Shown here in pieces: positions 63,523-64,000 of a stretch of DNA of 64,000 bases. Position 1 is the stretch's first letter, and every line of letters starts with the position of its first letter. The position numbers were made by a program, and so were the translations under genes. The notes beneath the pieces were generated by a model. That model saw only the letters and a list, made by a program, of their open reading frames with translations. It was not told the origin of the DNA and did no database searches. This DNA is from Octopus vulgaris (Eukaryota): assembly GCA_951406725.2 (NCBI GenBank), contig OX597814.1, forward strand, positions 112,902,001 to 112,966,000. The letters run 5' to 3'.

Positions 63523-64000
63523 GTGTTAGTTTGTTTACATCCCTGTAATTAAGCAATCCAGCAAAAGAGATCAAGAGAATAAATACCAAACTTTAAAAAA
63601 ATACTGGCGGTGGGGGAGGTCAATTTATTCAACTAAAGACTTTGAGACAATGCTCCAGAATGGTTGCAGACCATTGAGCAAAACAAGTAAAATATAAAAT
63701 ACTATTTTTTTACCAAAGTTTGACAACAGACATTTCAGCAAATCAAAGAATTTTCAAATTACAAAACATAAATAACATAAGTAAACCATTATGGAACATA
63801 ATAACTACTCTTTAGTTTCAGCTCGAGAACTGTGGCCATGCTGGGGCACTGACATTAGTTTTGCTACACCTTCACTACTTGAAATGTGGCATTTGGCGAA
63901 TGAGGGAGTTCGATGCTGCCACCTTCATCTGTGTTTCCTGCTGTGAGGTAATCCTATGTGGAACGTTTGACAGGCAGAGATTCAGTTTTGTTTTGAAAAC

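Noticed and set aside
54500-64000. ERp29 first exon (signal peptide)
   Set aside because: No convincing exon with a phase-0 donor found by eye; probably beyond the window

Overview
Eukaryotic, AT-rich, repeat-dense genomic DNA. The SINE, RTE and microsatellite content looks like a coleoid cephalopod, probably Octopus (inference). There are two convergent intron-containing genes. On the + strand are the last 16 coding exons of acetoacetyl-CoA synthetase (AACS; 204..48549, 594 codons plus stop, one GC-AG intron, 5' exons outside the window). On the - strand are the last 3 coding exons of ERp29 (54499..51968, ending QDEL). The introns hold tRNA-derived SINEs, RTE LINE 3' ends, R4/Dong-like fragments, Tc1, hAT, piggyBac and Helitron remnants, a 5S rRNA copy and micro/minisatellites. 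The most notable signals are hammerhead ribozyme (HHR) motifs. One is a complete-looking type I HHR in sense orientation in the ERp29 3' region, between candidate poly(A) signals. A second group belongs to a multicopy tRNA-headed, HHR-carrying element with Penelope-like inverted, tailed architecture and target-site duplications. Further HHR variants occur in other repeat remnants. All calls were made by eye, without database searches or folding software.
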